A stretch of 64,000 nt of DNA from Lama guanicoe (lineage: Eukaryota). Where the stretch lies: contig MU053448.1 of NCBI GenBank assembly GCA_013239625.1, forward strand, positions 310,001 through 374,000. Reading direction: 5' to 3'. Below are positions 15,240-30,050 of this stretch, in pieces; the stretch's first letter is position 1, and each line of letters starts with the position of its first letter. Position numbers and translations under genes: made by a program. Below the pieces are notes generated by a model. That model was not told where the DNA came from and ran no database searches. It saw only the letters and a list, made by a program, of their open reading frames with translations.

Positions 15240-15442
15240 AGAGTGCTTCTCAACCAGGGTTGATCTGCCCCACAAGAAGCCATTTGCTTATGTCTGAGAC
15301 ATTCTGGGGAGTGAGGGCTCCTGCTGCCTGGTGGATGGAGGCCAGGGATGCTGCTGAACACCCTACAGTGCACAGGTCAGGCCCCCAAAACAAAGAATTA
15401 TCTGGTCCCAAGTGTCAATCGTATCGAGGCTGAGAAAGCCTG
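15240..15442. mobile_element. MER20-like hAT fossil
   Basis: GTGCTTCTCAACCAGGG..GGCCAGGGATGCTGCTGAACACCCTACAGTGCACAGG..GAGGCTGAGAAAGCCTG. Confidence 0.8.
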
Positions 15443-15526
15443 ATACAGAGAAAGCAAATGATGGAGCCAGTGGGGTAAGATGTCAACAACTGGTGTGTCT
15501 GAGTGAGGGGTATGTGGATAGTCTTT

Positions 15527-15641
15527 TGGGGTGGTGGTAATTAGGTTTACTTATTTTTTATTTATTTAAATGGAGGTACTGGAGATTGAACCCAGGACCT
15601 TGTGCATGCAAGGCATGCACTCTACCACTATACCCTCCCCC
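15527..15641 (-). mobile_element. vic-1-type camelid SINE
   Basis: Reverse complement GGGGAGGGTATAG..GGTAGAGTGCATGC..GTCCTGGGTTCAATCTCCAGTACCTCC..AAACCTAATTACC. Confidence 0.85.
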
Positions 15642-17431
15642 AGAATACTGTTTTGATTATCCTTAAGCTTACAATTTTTCTGTAATTTGGAAATTAATTC
15701 CAAGTAAAATATTTTTTAAAACATCTTAAAGAGCACTATGTTGTGATGATCACTTTATCATACATTAAACCACTGCAGACAAAAGCGGACCTATTTGGGG
15801 GCTCTCTATTCTATTTCACTGATACAGACACTTTTTTCCAGTGCCACACTCTTTTCATTTCTGTTTCTATATAATTCTAGCAACCTCATCCCATCATCAA
15901 GAATACAACTTCTTTTGAAACACATTACATACATATATACATATTGATATCTTAATTTTTTCCAAATTAATTTTAATTTTCTTCCTTTTAAAAAATCTTT
16001 CATTAGGATCTTGAGTCGAAAGCACTCTTTTTAACTATAATGCCATCTCACAGTTCTTTTGGAAATATCTTCTGAAGACGTGGAGCAGTGAACACCTCTG
16101 GTGAGAAGACAATTATCACAGTGCATGAGAACAGACCGTTCTTTGGAAATCAATGGAGGAAGGCATTTTAATACGTGCACATTAAATGTGCAAAGGTCAC
16201 AGGGTTGGGTCATTTATTTGCCTGATTATTTTTCAGGAAACGGAGAGTGAGACTGGGTGAGAAGTGAGGCTTTGAGAAGCTAAAGTACTGATTCTCCAAT
16301 GAGAGCACCTCTTGTGAAATCCAAGATCATACAAAATGCACAGTGATGTTAAGCCACATGGGGACACTAGGCGTATGTTTGGAACAATTTACTGCAAACA
16401 CATTTTCAAAGGTTCACGTGTGGAAAACACTTCTGTGCTTTTTAGGCCACAGACCCTTGAAGCCTGAGTGATTTAAGATAAACAATTAAACACATCTATC
16501 CCAGACACACTTCTCTGCAAGGATTTGGAAGTCTGTCTGGAATACAGCAGAAAACCAATGTATCAGTGAGTCAGAAACCTGGACTTTATTTCTCTTGTAT
16601 CTCTGTTTACCAATGATTTCTTCAAAGGTAAAATAATGTAAATAGGTTCACATGAAGATATGTGTTAATATACTTAATAAATGTCTCATAAAATCATTTT
16701 GTAGGTAAGCCAAGTATAGTAAGGAGAAATACTGCTGGCAGCTTTCATGTCCAAAGTCCTCTCTTTTCACCTTTGCTCCATATCCGGGCAACCTGATAAG
16801 AAGGACTGTTCACACCCTCAGGCTCTGGCATCCTCAGTCCCTTGGCACTAAAATTTCAAACCATGCGAGCCCCAGCCTCAGCATGAGAACCTCCACCCGG
16901 CTCACCTCCTAACTGTAATAAAACCCCCCAAAGCCCTGCCTTGCCTCTGTTCCACTCCAGAACAAACCAGAGCCATCCTGCTTGGGTGATCCGTTCGCTG
17001 CTAACTGCTGTGAGTCATAAATCCTTTCACATCCATGGGTGCCCGTGTGTCACATGGCCCAACCTCCATAATTTCTTGGGGCGGGGGACTGCCCAGCATC
17101 CAGCAGGGGATGCCAGGCACCCAAATAAAACACTAACTGACTAGTTTTGCGTCCTGATGCCTCAGAATCATTTGCCAAGGAGCTGGGAAGACTCCAGGAA
17201 GTCTTCCAGAGCCAAGAGCAGAAGAGTGATGGCATCACATTCACTGAGAGCCATGAGTAAGGCAGGATTTGAAATATACTAAAGCACATGTCTAAGAGAG
17301 GGTTAATAATCCACACAACTAAATTTGAATGGGTAAAACTAAACCATATGGTGTGCGATACCGAAGACTTATCTTCAGTCCCAATTTTACTTTTATTATT
17401 TTAACAGAAACATTTAAAATGAAAAGTTTTG

Positions 17432-17820
17432 AAAATTACCATATGATATCACTCATATGTGGAATCTTAGGGAAAAAAAACTGAAGACAAATGAACTTAA
17501 ATATAAAACAGAAACAGACTCAGGGACACAGAATATTTTTTAAACTTGTGGTGGCCAGTCAGGGTGGGTAGGGACAGACTGGGAGTTTGAGATTTGTAGA
17601 TAATGACAGGTATATACAGAAAAGATAAACAAGTTTACACTGTAGAGCACAGCGAAATATATTCAAGATCTTGTAGGAGCTCATGGTGAAAAATAATACA
17701 GAAGTGAATATATGTATATTCATGTATGACTGAAAAATTGTGCTGTACACCAGAAACTGACACAACATTGCAAACTGACTATAACTCAATAAAAAAACAA
17801 AATAAAATAAAAATAAAATG
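17432..17820 (+). mobile_element. Lineage-specific L1 3' end
   Basis: ACCATATGATATCACTCATATGTGGAATCT..ACAGAAACAGACTCA..CTGACTATAACTCAATAAA plus A-rich tail. Confidence 0.85.
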
Positions 17821-17879
17821 AAAAGTTTTCTTAAGTTAAACTATGTATTAAAAACCAAAACATAGAATCGCAGCTCTTA

Positions 17880-18104
<225 letters not shown>

Positions 18105-18892
18105 TCATTTGCATGCTCCAGGGTCCTGAGGACAGCAGGCCCCATGGTGCCACTGGCCAACTGCCAGGGGAGTAGTTTCAACCCTCTATGGGAATTCCCA
18201 ATCTAACCAGCAGTGACTGACAGTGGAGGCGGCGCAGAGTGTATTTCCACTCTCTTCTCAACATCTGTTTTAAGACAGATTGTGTAGACGCCCCACGTCC
18301 CGTCAAGCAGCCTGGGATCTATCCCAGTGACATGCTGCTGGCACATCACGGGGAAACTACTGCCTGCAAAGGACTGCACCCGGGGCTGCACTGAGAGAGA
18401 GAGAGCTTAAACGTGAGTTCTCCAATGAATCCACATCTGCTGGAAAATTTCTTGCTTAAAAGACAATGTGTGACAAATAGACCTCGTGATATTTTGGAAA
18501 TATCTAACATAATTTTTCTTCTTTATATATTTCAAGTTCTGAACTCTAATTTTATTATTTTTCCATTACAGCACATGACCTCTGATCGTGAGGCTGGGCG
18601 AAGAAACTCTCCTTTGTAAAACCAATTGTGTTGAGCAGATGCCAACAGCCCAACTACCGATGAGGAAGCAGGAGTTGTTTTAATTTGTTCGGACCCAGGA
18701 CAGTCTGACCTGGACAAAATTCAGGGCTAACTGCAGGCAGCAGAAACCTCTGCCTCCTCCTTCCACAGCCTCCCACACTTCTGGTCCTCATTCCAAAGAA
18801 CAAGCTAGAGTCATCCCACCCGCTCCAGCCCTGCCAGACAAGTGACTGACCTTAAGAAGAAAGAGCAAGTTCCTCACCACGCAGGTACTTAC

Positions 18893-18940
18893 TTGCAATT
18901 GTGCCTGCCCACCACACAATGTCTGTTAAATAGGAGGTAC
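18893..18940 (-). CDS. NIPA1: NIPA1 coding exon 2
   Basis: ttttatAG acceptor, 48 nt encoding (G)TSYLTDIVWWAGTIA, donor AA|GTAAGT; phase joins exons 1 and 3. Confidence 0.96.
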
Positions 18941-19383
18941 CTATAAAAGAGAGGAATGTCAGCGAAGTATGAAGCAAGAGATTTACAAGCTACATACTTA
19001 AGAGGAATTTTTAAATAAAAGCTAAAACGGAAAAGAATAATGAATGCCATTCTGTTTATTTATCCGACAAAGAATCTTTGAATTAGTCTATAAATAGCAG
19101 CATGAGAAATCACTAAAAGTGGCAAAGATATATTTTGCAACCAACACAAGTGGGCCCAAACAAATAAAATCTTTATAAAATTTTTTTTTCACTCAACACA
19201 TCATCCAGAGACATAAACGTTCTTTGGAATAACATTTTATATATTGATTGCAAATGAGATTTAGCCTTCAAAGTCCAAATTCTCTCATGCATTTACTGAA
19301 ACCTATTTATATGATAATTTTACTAGCATAGGGTTCAATGACTTGCTACTTAAACAGGTTATTCAATGTTCATAATATAGACC

Positions 19384-19829
19384 TGAGACAGGCTGGGTCC
19401 TGGGGTCTGGGGCCCTTTGGTGCAGTGCTTGCACCTGGACAGACATCTCCTGGAGCAGCAGAATACAAACAAACTATAAGGGACTAAAAATAACTGCACA
19501 CACAGTTGGAGCAAATTATGAGCAACAAAAATACAAAAAGACCAAAACCTAACTGTCACTTCTGAGGTGCTGGGAGCAGAAGCAGGGCCCCCGCACACAG
19601 CATCACCAAGGGGGTGGGCACACCACCTTTGCTACCAGGTCCACCTCCACCCTCACCCATTTAAGAGACCAGTTCACCCCACCCTCAGAGCGCAAGCAAG
19701 GGAAACTCTTCTTTGTTTTCACTTCCTCCTGCTACAGCATGAGTCTCAATAAAGCCTTGCCTGAATTTCTCATCTGGCCTCTTACCAATTTCTAATGATT
19801 AACGAGTCCAACAACCCAGGTCGGTAATA
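19384..19829 (+). mobile_element. Solo LTR, ERV1-like
   Basis: TGAGACAGG start, TTTAAG TATA-like box, AATAAAGCCTTGCC poly(A) signal, flanks GACC/GAAC. Confidence 0.7.
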
Positions 19830-20700
19830 GAACCTTTGTGGCATGGCTCTTTTTATAACCATTTGAAAATGGTTGAAAGCAGACCCTTACACTCACTGGA
19901 CAATCTGACACTGCGCACAATGCTTTCTCTTTTGCTCTCGTGGATCAGCCTCCTACATTCCCATGCTGTCCAAGCAGGCAGAGGTGCAGGGGCAGCTGTC
20001 TAGGTCTCCCCACCACATCCCTTCCCCCTTCTGTCCTTCAGATATGTCAAAAGTCTCCCACCTGGAGTACGTTTTTCCATTTCAGATTAGAATATCTGAT
20101 TCTCATTGGATGTTTTAATTCTCAGTAATCTGATATAATGAACATATAGAAGCCAGCCTGCTTCACCGAGGAGCAGAGCTACAGGTATTTAAAAAGGACT
20201 TTTTAAAAAACAGGACCAATAATAAGGATAGGGTAGGAGGAATGGTCAAGTTCAAATATCATCATTTAGTAACATCACAGTAAAGACAGATTCAGGCAAG
20301 AACCATAAATGGAGACTAAGACAAGTGACTGAAAGTTTGTTGAGGAACAAGACTGTCACATAGTCTCCATGAATCACCCCCACCGGTTTTTTATTAATCA
20401 CAAAGAGAAAAAGTTATTTTTTACAGCACTCTAAGATCCTGACAGACATCACCTTAACCAAGAGTCAAAGTTAACACCATTAGCAATGAGATAAACCAAT
20501 ATCCTATGCCTCCGGAGGGTGCACTGAGAAGGACACATCACATCTGTGGTGCACCTGCCACAGGGCACCATCTGAATCCAATCACAAGGAAACAAACAGT
20601 CCACACATCAGCTAGCCTACGCTCTTCCAAAATGGCAAGGTCATGAAAGACAAAGGCTAGGGAACTACTGCAGATGAAAGGAAACTAAAGAGATGTGGCT

Positions 20701-21100
20701 AAGAAAGAGAAAGAAAAATACCATATGGTATCACTCATATGTGGAATCTAAAAAAAAAAGAACAAAGAGAAAACAGGACACTAATGAACTCATCTACAAA
20801 ACAGAAGCAGACTCATAGACATAGTAAACAATCTCATGGTTCCACCCGGGGGGGGGGAAGAAGTGGGTGGGAAGGGATAAATTTGGAAATTTAAGATTTG
20901 TAAATGTTAACCACTATATATAAAAATAGATAAAAACCAAATTTCTTCTCTACAGCAGAGGGAACTATATTCTGTATCTTGTAATACCTATAATGAGAAA
21001 GAATATGAAAATGAATACACAAATACATATGCATGACTGGGAGTTTGTGCTGTACACCAGAAATTGACACATTGTAACTGATCATACTTCAATTAAAAAA
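20701..21100 (+). mobile_element. Lineage-specific L1 3' end inserted in an older L1MC/ME fragment
   Basis: Same 3'UTR motifs; host sequence ..GAGATGTGGCTAA recurs as GAGACATGTGGCTAA after the A-tail. Confidence 0.8.
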
Positions 21101-21814
21101 AGAGACATGTGGCTAAACACAGTACATGACCCTAGTTGGAAAAAAAGGTTGCTATAAAGGACAGCATGGGGCAAATGGCAAAACTTGAATGTGGGCTATT
21201 GTAGACAACAGAATAACAAAACCTCTCCACTTTCTGCATGAGAATATGACTTTTGGTCCACTTTCTGGCTCTATAAAGCTGACAGTCACGTACGCAGAGG
21301 GCAACACTTAAGGTAAAAATGACTTCTGATGGGCAAATGGCACTGACTGGAGGTCTGTGAACACCTACTGAAGATTATCACTCGGGCTCCCCTGAGGACA
21401 GAATCTCTGGGCATAAGCACAGCTCCTGTGGGGCCTGGAAGCTCTGCCTCTGTGACCTTATGCTGGGGGGCATGAGGCTTGTAAAGCTGGCCAGCTGTGG
21501 CACTACCTGCTGCAATCCTGCCTCTGAGCCTCTAAGCAATGCTCTGCCTCTGCTGCCAGCCTGCAGCAGCAGGGGCTGACACTGGCTGTGGCTCCTGTCC
21601 CATGTCCCAAGTGGGTCTGCAACGGCAGCCCATGATGTCCTATATGTCAGAAAGTAGAGCTGAGCATAAGAATGCTCTGCAGTGAACACTGCAGAACAAT
21701 TATCAACCATCAGTACAGAATCAACACTGAATTTCCCAAATGTGCTAATCACACTGTGGCTAGTTTAGACATTGTCTTTTACTTATATGCAGCATTTATA
21801 GTAAAAAAAAAAAA

Positions 21815-23720
21815 AAGTTCCAGAATTTCCAAAGCAATCCTGAGAAAAAAGGCATCACCTTCCCAGGTTTCAGACAATACTACAAAACTATAGTAATCAA
21901 AACAGTGTGGTACTGGCACAAAAAGAGACAAAGAGATAAATGGAACAAAACAGACAGCCCAGAAATAAAGCTACACACCTATGGTCAATTAATCTATGAC
22001 AAAGGAGGTAATAATATACAATAGAAGAAAGACTTCAGCAAGTGGTATTGGGAAAGCTGAACAGCCATCAGAACACTCCCTCACATCATACACAAAAATA
22101 AACTCAAAATTATTTAAAAACCGAAATATAAGACATGACAACATAAAAGTCCTAGAAAAGAACACAGGCAAAACATTCTCTGACATAAACTGTAACAGTA
22201 TTTTCTTAGACCAGTCTCCCAAAGTAAAAGAAATAAAGGCAAAAATATACAAATGGTATGTAAACTTAAAAGCTTTTGCACAGCAAAAGAAACAAACAAA
22301 ACAAAAAGACATCTATGAAATGGGAGAGAATATTTGAAAATGATGCAATTGACAAGGGGTTAATTCCCAAAATGTTCAAACATTTCATACAACTCAGTAT
22401 CAAAAAAACGATCAAAAAATGGGCAGAAGACCTAAATACAGATGACCAAGGCACATGAAAAGATGCTCAACATCACTAATTATTAGAGAAGCAAATCAAA
22501 ACCACAATGAGGTATCACCTCACACTGGCCATAATGGCCATCATCAAAAAATCTACAAATAATAAATGCTGGAGAGAGTGTGGAGCAAAGGAAATCCTCC
22601 TACCCTGTTGGTGGGAATATAAATTCATGTAGCCACTATGGAAAGAGTATGGAAGTTGCCTAAAAACTAAAAATAGAACTACCATATGGTCCAGCAATTC
22701 CACTCTTGGGTATATATTGGGAAAACACAAAAACTCTTAATTTAAAAAGACACATGCATCCCAAAGTTCACAACAGCACTATTTACAATAGCCAAGACAT
22801 GGAAGCAACCTAAGTGTCCATCAACAGATGAATGGATAAAGAAGATGTGAGAAATATATAGATATATATATACACACACACACACACACTTACATATACA
22901 TATACTGGAATACTACTCAGCCATTAAAAAGAATTAAATATTGTCATTCACAGCAACATGGATGGACCTAGAGAATATCACACTAAATAAGCCAGAGAAA
23001 AACAAAGATTATACAATACCACTTATATGTGGAATCTAAATATAATGCAAATTAATTTATGTACAAAGCAGAAACAGATTAACAGACACAGAAAACAAAT
23101 TTATGGTTACCAAAGGGGAAAGGGGGGAAGGATAAATTAGTAGGAGTATGGGATTAACAGGTATACACCACTATACATAAAACAGATAAGCAACAAGGAT
23201 GTACTATATAACACAGGAAACAATACTCAGTATCTTATAATAATCTGTAGTGGAAAGTAATCTAAAAAAAAAATGTGTGTATATATATACACACACACAC
23301 ATACACACACACACATAAGTGAATCACTCTGCTGCACACCTAAAACACTGATATTGTAAATAACTATGCTTCAATAAAAAATTAAAAATAAAAGTCAAAC
23401 TCATAGATACAAAGAACAAACCGGTGGTTGCCATAGGTAGGGGGTGAAGGGGGTCAAATGGTACAAACTTCCAGATATAAAATAAGTAAGTCCTGGGGAT
23501 GCAATGTACAGCATGATGACTGTAGTTAACAATACTGTATAGTGTATGAAAGTTGCTAAACAAGCAGATCTTAAAAGAGCTCATCACAGGGGAAAATTGT
23601 ATCTAAGTGTGGTGATAAATGTCACCTAGATCTATTTTGGTGATCATTTCCATAAATATAGAATAATTATGAAGCATACCTGAAACAAAATAGCATTATA
23701 TGTCAATTATATCTCAATTG
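21815..23720 (+). mobile_element. 5'-truncated L1 (ORF2 C-terminus + 3'UTR) followed by an L1MA-type tail
   Basis: ORF2 fragments (NIRHDNIKVLEKNTGKTFSDIN; WERIFENDAIDKGLI..KKWAEDLN); AATAAA tail at ~23373. Confidence 0.9.
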
Positions 23721-23999
23721 TTTTTAAAAAGATACCATTGAAAATAACAAAAAATTTTTTGTGAATCACCATTTTGTACACTTGTAACTTACATAGTATT
23801 GTACACCAACAATACCTCAATAAAAGTAAAACTTAAAAATCAGTCATTAATCTGCACTCACCTCATTAAAGGAAGTCTACCAGTTCATCAAGAGACATAC
23901 ATACATGCAATGAAATATAATAAAAGAAAAAAAATTTAAAGAAAAAAATGTCCCTGTACCTAATAAATGCATGGTGTTTGTTTAAAAATGAAAAGTCAT

Positions 24000-25542
24000 G
24001 AAGTTCACTTCCAAATGCTGGTGTGAGGAGACTCATGGACAGTTCCTCAGCAAAACAATCACAACTGGTAAATAAAGTAGCATAAAAATAAATTTGAAGT
24101 CTCTGGAAATTGTCCCAAGAGCTTACAGCAAATGCAGAAACATTTATTCAAGAAAATCTACAGAATCTCAGTAAGAACAGTGAGTCTTTAGCACATGGGC
24201 CAAGACCCGCTCCCTCTCTCCCTGCTGCAGCTCAGCTTGATAGAAGTTCCACTCCAGGCTGGTGTGACCAGAAAAGACAGGGCTCCCCTCCCCTTCAGCT
24301 CTCAATCATCAGGAGAGCAAGCTTCCAGCACTTCTAATCCCTTTCAATTGCAATTTGAAGAGGCTAAATATCTGGTTGGTACATCCAACAGGTTGGCGAC
24401 TCCCTTCCTTCACCGAGTCCCTACTCTTGGGGTGGAGACTCTACCCCAGGCATAGCAAGCCCTGATCATCCTGTCACAAGCTTGAAGGAAGGCAGCAGGT
24501 CCTACATCTGGAGAGGCAAGCAGAGAAGATCAGAGGGTACCTCCCCTACCCAGTAACTGTTCTCAACAAATGCACCTGCCTGAATTTAACTGGATAAGAC
24601 TGTGAAACAATTAACTTTTGTTAAATACAAAGAAACAAGAAAATGTGGGGAAAATGCAGTCCCCCCCCAAAAAAACCTGCCTGTAAGAGGACCTAGATGT
24701 TAGATTTAACAGAAACTTCAAACCAGGCACTAAAACTATGCTCAAATAACTACAGGAAACTTAAACTTAAGGAAGTAAAAGAGGATATATGACCGCTTAT
24801 CATCAAATAGAGATTATCAGGAAAGAGATATAAATTATTTTTTTAAATGCCAAATGGAAGCTCTGGGGTTGAAAAGTACAATAACAGAAAGGAAAAAAAA
24901 AATCAACAGAAAATTTGAACTTCCTTGCAGAAGACAGACTCAGTGAACTTGAAGACATATTGATAAAAATTATACATTTTGACAAACACAGAGAAAAAGG
25001 TACAAAGAAAAATAAATAGAGCCTTACAGAAATGTACATCATTAAGAATATCAACATAGACATAATATAATTATCAGAAAGAAAGAAAAGAAAGTATCAA
25101 AAAAATCAAGGAAAAAAATAGTGAAATTTACCAAATGGGATAAAAATCTATACATCCAAGAAGCTCAAAAAAATCCAACAGGACAAACACAAAGATATCC
25201 ACATCCTTTCACATATTGGTAAAAATGCTCAAAGACAAAATTCTGAAGCAAGAGAAAAACCACTGACAAGGGAATCCCATTAAGATTAACAACTGACTTC
25301 TCAGCAAAATAGTGGGGGCAAGAAAGCAGTGGAATAATATAGTCAATGTTCTGAAAGGGAAAAAAAAACTGTCAACCAAGAATCTTATATCCAGCAGAAC
25401 TATCTTTCAAATATGAAGCCAAAACAAAGACATTCCCAGATAAGGAAAATTACAGAGAATTCATTGAGAATAGCCTTGCCTTACAATAAATATTAAATGA
25501 AGTTCTTCAGGCGAAAGCAAGTAACCCTAGATGGTAATTTGA

Positions 25543-25586
<44 letters not shown>

Positions 25587-26625
25587 ACCCTCTAGCAATG
25601 ATAAAGGTAATTATATAATTATAAAAGACAGTATAAATGAAACTTTACTGTCCTTTCTCATTTTAACTGATTTGAAGAGGTACTGAATGAATACATAAAT
25701 TACTGTATTGCTGGGTGTATAACATAACAGCATTATACATATGTTATATATAACATACAGTAATATATTTGACAAGAACAGCACAAAGGACATGTGTGTA
25801 AGCAAAGTTTTACTGAGTAAGGACACGGTAACCTGGTGGTAACTTGAGCCACAGAAGCAAATGAAGAGAATAAGAAATGGCAAATAAGAAAGTGACATAA
25901 CGAACACTATAAATTTATACTTGCTTTCTTTTGTTTTTTAAGCTTATTTAGAACATAAAATTATATAAATTTTATATTATCTTAATTATAAGCCAAAACA
26001 ATATATTGTTGGGTTTGTAACGTAAAAAATGTAACATGTACAAGAATGATAAAATAAAGGAAGAAGCAATGTCGCTATATAGAAGTAATGTTTCTTTAAC
26101 TGGAGTTTAGTTAAAGGATAAAGTAGATTCTGTAAGTTAAGATGCAATGGTAAGCTCTAGAGCAAATAATTTAAAAATATGGTAAAAAATCATTAAAGGA
26201 ACTAAAATGTTACTCTAGAAAAATTCACTGAATGCAAATAAAGGAATAAATGAATAGAGGAACAGAATATAAGACAGAGAAAACAAAGAGTAAATGGCAT
26301 AAATTCAACTGTAATGATTAAAACATAACATGTCGGTTGGTTTACAGTGTCACTGAAGTCTTCTATTTCCTTGTTGATCTTCTGCCTAGTTTTTCTATCC
26401 GTTTTTGAAAGTATGTTACTAACACCTCCAACTATTGCCTTTTAATCGTCTATTTCTCTCCTGGGGCTTTGTTGTTAGGTGCACATATAATTGTTATATC
26501 TTCCTGATGGATGGATCAGATCATTGTCATAAAGTGTCTTTCTTTGTCTCTAGTAACAATTTTTGTCTTAAAGTCTATTTATCTCATATTAGCATAGCCA
26601 CTCCTGATCTATTTTGTCTGTAAGT
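24000..26625 (+). mobile_element. Old L1 5'/ORF1 region with an inverted ORF2-endonuclease piece at ~26330-26625
   Basis: ORF1 C-terminal motifs (AACTGTCAACCAAGAATCTTATATCCAGCA..AAGACATTCCCAGA); strand switch near 26330. Confidence 0.75.
25545..25588. repeat. (CA)n microsatellite
   Basis: About 22 near-perfect CA units. Confidence 0.95.
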
Positions 26626-28459
26626 AAGTATTCGTATTCTTCCTTTTAAACAACTGAACGTAATTCATTCTAGATTCTGAAGCTCATTTTGCTAGAAGAT
26701 GCACACAATAAATTACTCAATAACTTTTCCAAGCTCTATATATGATATTAAAAAGATTTTAGGACTTTGAAATTGAGGAATCAGTCACAATCTTTCCTGT
26801 TGTGGGTGCAGGGGTGTCTATGCTGAGGGCAGGGAAAGGCCAGTTCCCTTTATTGTAATGAATATAGTTTGGTCATGAGTGTTTATGAGTCACAGGATCA
26901 CTGCTACCGCAGCAGCTAGAATGTGGGCAGCCCTCCTGCAGTGAGAGCCGGTCCAAGGGTGCCAGTGGCCAGCACAAGGGGACCCACTGAGGCTCTCCTC
27001 TTTCACTGCTAGTTTTCCCCACACCATTAAACAGCATACGGCACATGCTTTTTGGTGGCTTGAAATGGATTCTGTCACTAACATGGGAAAGAACATGGGA
27101 TACCAGGTACCCAGGGATACAGAAATAACAAGCTTTTGGCCTCCCTTTAGTCAAACGGTACAGGTCAGTTCCAAGTGTTCTAGGAGGACCCACTCACACC
27201 CCCAAGGAGGAGCTTGTATTTGCTGAAATCCAAAAGGTACTGTGATCACCCTCAGCTTTTAAGTCAGTATTAGGCAAAATTTTTCTGATTCCATGGACAT
27301 CAAATAAATCAATTTTCTATCTGGACATCTGCCTCACATCCTTAACTGCTGATCAAAGTAATGCTCTTCCACATGGTCCACAAGGGCCCGGTCCAGCAGC
27401 ATCCCCTGCGCCCTGCCCTGAAGGAAGTCCATGGTTCTTCCTGCCCACCCGCCTGTGCCTAGCCTCCTCACTCAGCTGGCTGCCCCAGGTTCCATCCTTA
27501 TGCAGCCAGAAACTCCTAGGTGTCTGCACTCCATGTTGGCTTTTGGGCCCTAAGACAGATATTATTCTCATGTCCTAAAACGACTTGGTTCCTTCATAGT
27601 TTCACCTTCACTGCTGTCCCCAAAAATCCTAAAGTCACTCACTTGACACCCCCAGAAAGTACCTGTTCAAACCTATGTCCATGCTCTCCTCTTTCCAGCT
27701 GAAACCTGGGACCCTTCAAGTTCTTTGGCCTCAGCAAGAACAAAGAGCCTCAGAATTGTAGAACGTTGAGGATCTTGTTTGTTCACCTGACTACACTCGT
27801 GCCTCCTCCCCTCCACTCCCAGCTGTGGGTTACAAAGGTAGCAACGGTTAAGGTTCAGAATTTTTTTTCCTCATGCTGGAAACCTTGGATGCTAACTGAG
27901 AGTTGAATGGCTGTTTATAACAGCTGAACTATAAGACAAAGAAGTGTTGTGCAAATACAAAAGGGGCTTGTCGGGATGATAATGTCAACTGGCAGCGATG
28001 CTGTTCAACCATGGACTTGTGGCTTCTAAATCCTTCCATTTAGTTATAAATGTAAATCAGAAATATTCTTAAAATATGACTTTGAAGCATAGAAATACAG
28101 ATAGTCATCTAGCTTATTTACCTTCTGATTATACACAGAAAAATTGCTTCCATCCCTGGGTGCTCTTAACAGAAACAGCAGAAGTTGCTAACAGCCAAGC
28201 AAGAGTGGATCACTGTGTCTTTACTAATTAATTAATGCCCTGACTTCAAAAAATGTGTAAAAAGATGTTACATGGTTTTTACAGAGTTCTTAAAAAAGGA
28301 CTATCAAGAAATTTTCTTTCCTGTCACCAACACAGCTAGATAAGGGCATTAATTAGACCCAATCTGACCACCTGGTTTTCATCAACTTATGAATGAATTT
28401 TGTACTTGAAGTTGTTTGTACGTTGATTGTTAGATGTGCAGATTTATTTTCCTAAAAAA

Positions 28460-30050
28460 CAGCTGAGCAATCTTGAAAAAGAAGAACAAAGTTATGACTT
28501 ATACAACCTGATTTTAAGATTGACTGTAAAACCACATAATCAAGACCGTGTGGTACTGACATAAGGAAAGACAGATACGATAAAACAGAACAGAGCTCAG
28601 AAATCAACCCACACTCAGATCATGGACTAAAGCAACAGTGTAACTGAATAAGGAAGTATCTTCAACAAATGTTGCTGAACCAACTGTATACCAGTAGGGA
28701 AAATACTGAACCTTGATTCATATCTTAATCATACACAAAAATTAAATCAAGACAGACCTAAAGGTAAAAGCTAATGCTATAAAATTCCTAGAGGAAAACA
28801 CAAGAGGATGCCACTGTGACCTGAAGCAAAACAAGAGATTTTTTTTTTAGGCAGAAATAAAAAAGTACTAATCACATGGAAGAGAAAAAAAAAGATAAGT
28901 GATACTTGATTAAAATGAAACACTTCTGCTCTTCAAGAGGCACCTTTAAGAAAATGAAAATGCAAGCTTCAGGGAAAACATTTGCAAATATTTCCTGACA
29001 AAGGACTTATACCCAGATTATATATATAAAATATATATAATATATACTGCCCATCAATAATAAAAAGATACAACCCAATAAAATATACGCAGAAGTCTTG
29101 AAAAGGCATCTCACAAAAGAACATATACAAATGGCCAATCAACTCATCATAAGATGTTGGTATCAGAGAACTACAAATTAAAAACAAAATGAGATACCAC
29201 TGTACACCCACTGGAATGGCTAAAATTAAACGCTGAAGAGAATGTGGAGACCCACCTGGGACTCTCATTCGTTGCTGACAGGAGTGTAAAATGGTACAAC
29301 TGTAGTGGGAAATTGTCCAGCAGTTCCTTAAAGTTTAGTTATATCTCTACTCCATGACCCAGCACTGCATGAGCCAGCAATATTACGCCAAGATATTTAC
29401 CCCAAAGATACGAACACTCTAAGTCAAAAAAGAATTAAGTAAGAACTGTCACTGCGTCTTTACTCAAACAGCAAAAATTTGGAAACAACCAAATGCTCAG
29501 AATGGATAAGCAGACTGTGACATAGTCAAACAATGGAACACTGCTCAGCAACGTACGTACCACTGACACACACATCATGATGAATCTTCAAATCACAATC
29601 TGCAAAGAAAGGGAAGGAAGGCGGGAAGGAAGGAAGGAAGAAAAGAGGGGAGGTGCACCAGTGGTAGCAATGCATGGGTCAAGACCGGATCTCAATTCCA
29701 AAAGACAAACTGGGGGGAAAAAACTGATGAGATAATCACAGAAATCCAAACACTGACCAGATATGTGAGAACATTGAGGAATTACTGTCAATTTTTAGGT
29801 GCAATGAAGGTATTACAGTTATGTTTCACAAAGAGATACAGAAATACATAAGGGAGATGGTATTCTGCCTGGAATTTGTCAAAAACTCCATAGGGGTGGC
29901 GGCAGTGAGCTGGCACTGGGGTACAGACGAAATGAGGCTGGCTCAGACTGATGACTGTTGAAGCTGGGGGACAGGTACACGGGGGTCCTTTTCACTGTTT
30001 TCTCTATGTATACGTTTGATATTTTCCGTAGTAGAAAAGCTTTTCTTTGT
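28460..30050 (+). mobile_element. Old L1 (L1MC/ME) ORF2 end and 3' fragments
   Basis: GCAATCTTGAAAAAGAAGAACAAAG, TGAGATACCACTGTACACCCACTGGAATGGCTAAAAT, GGAAACAACCAAATG motifs. Confidence 0.75.
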
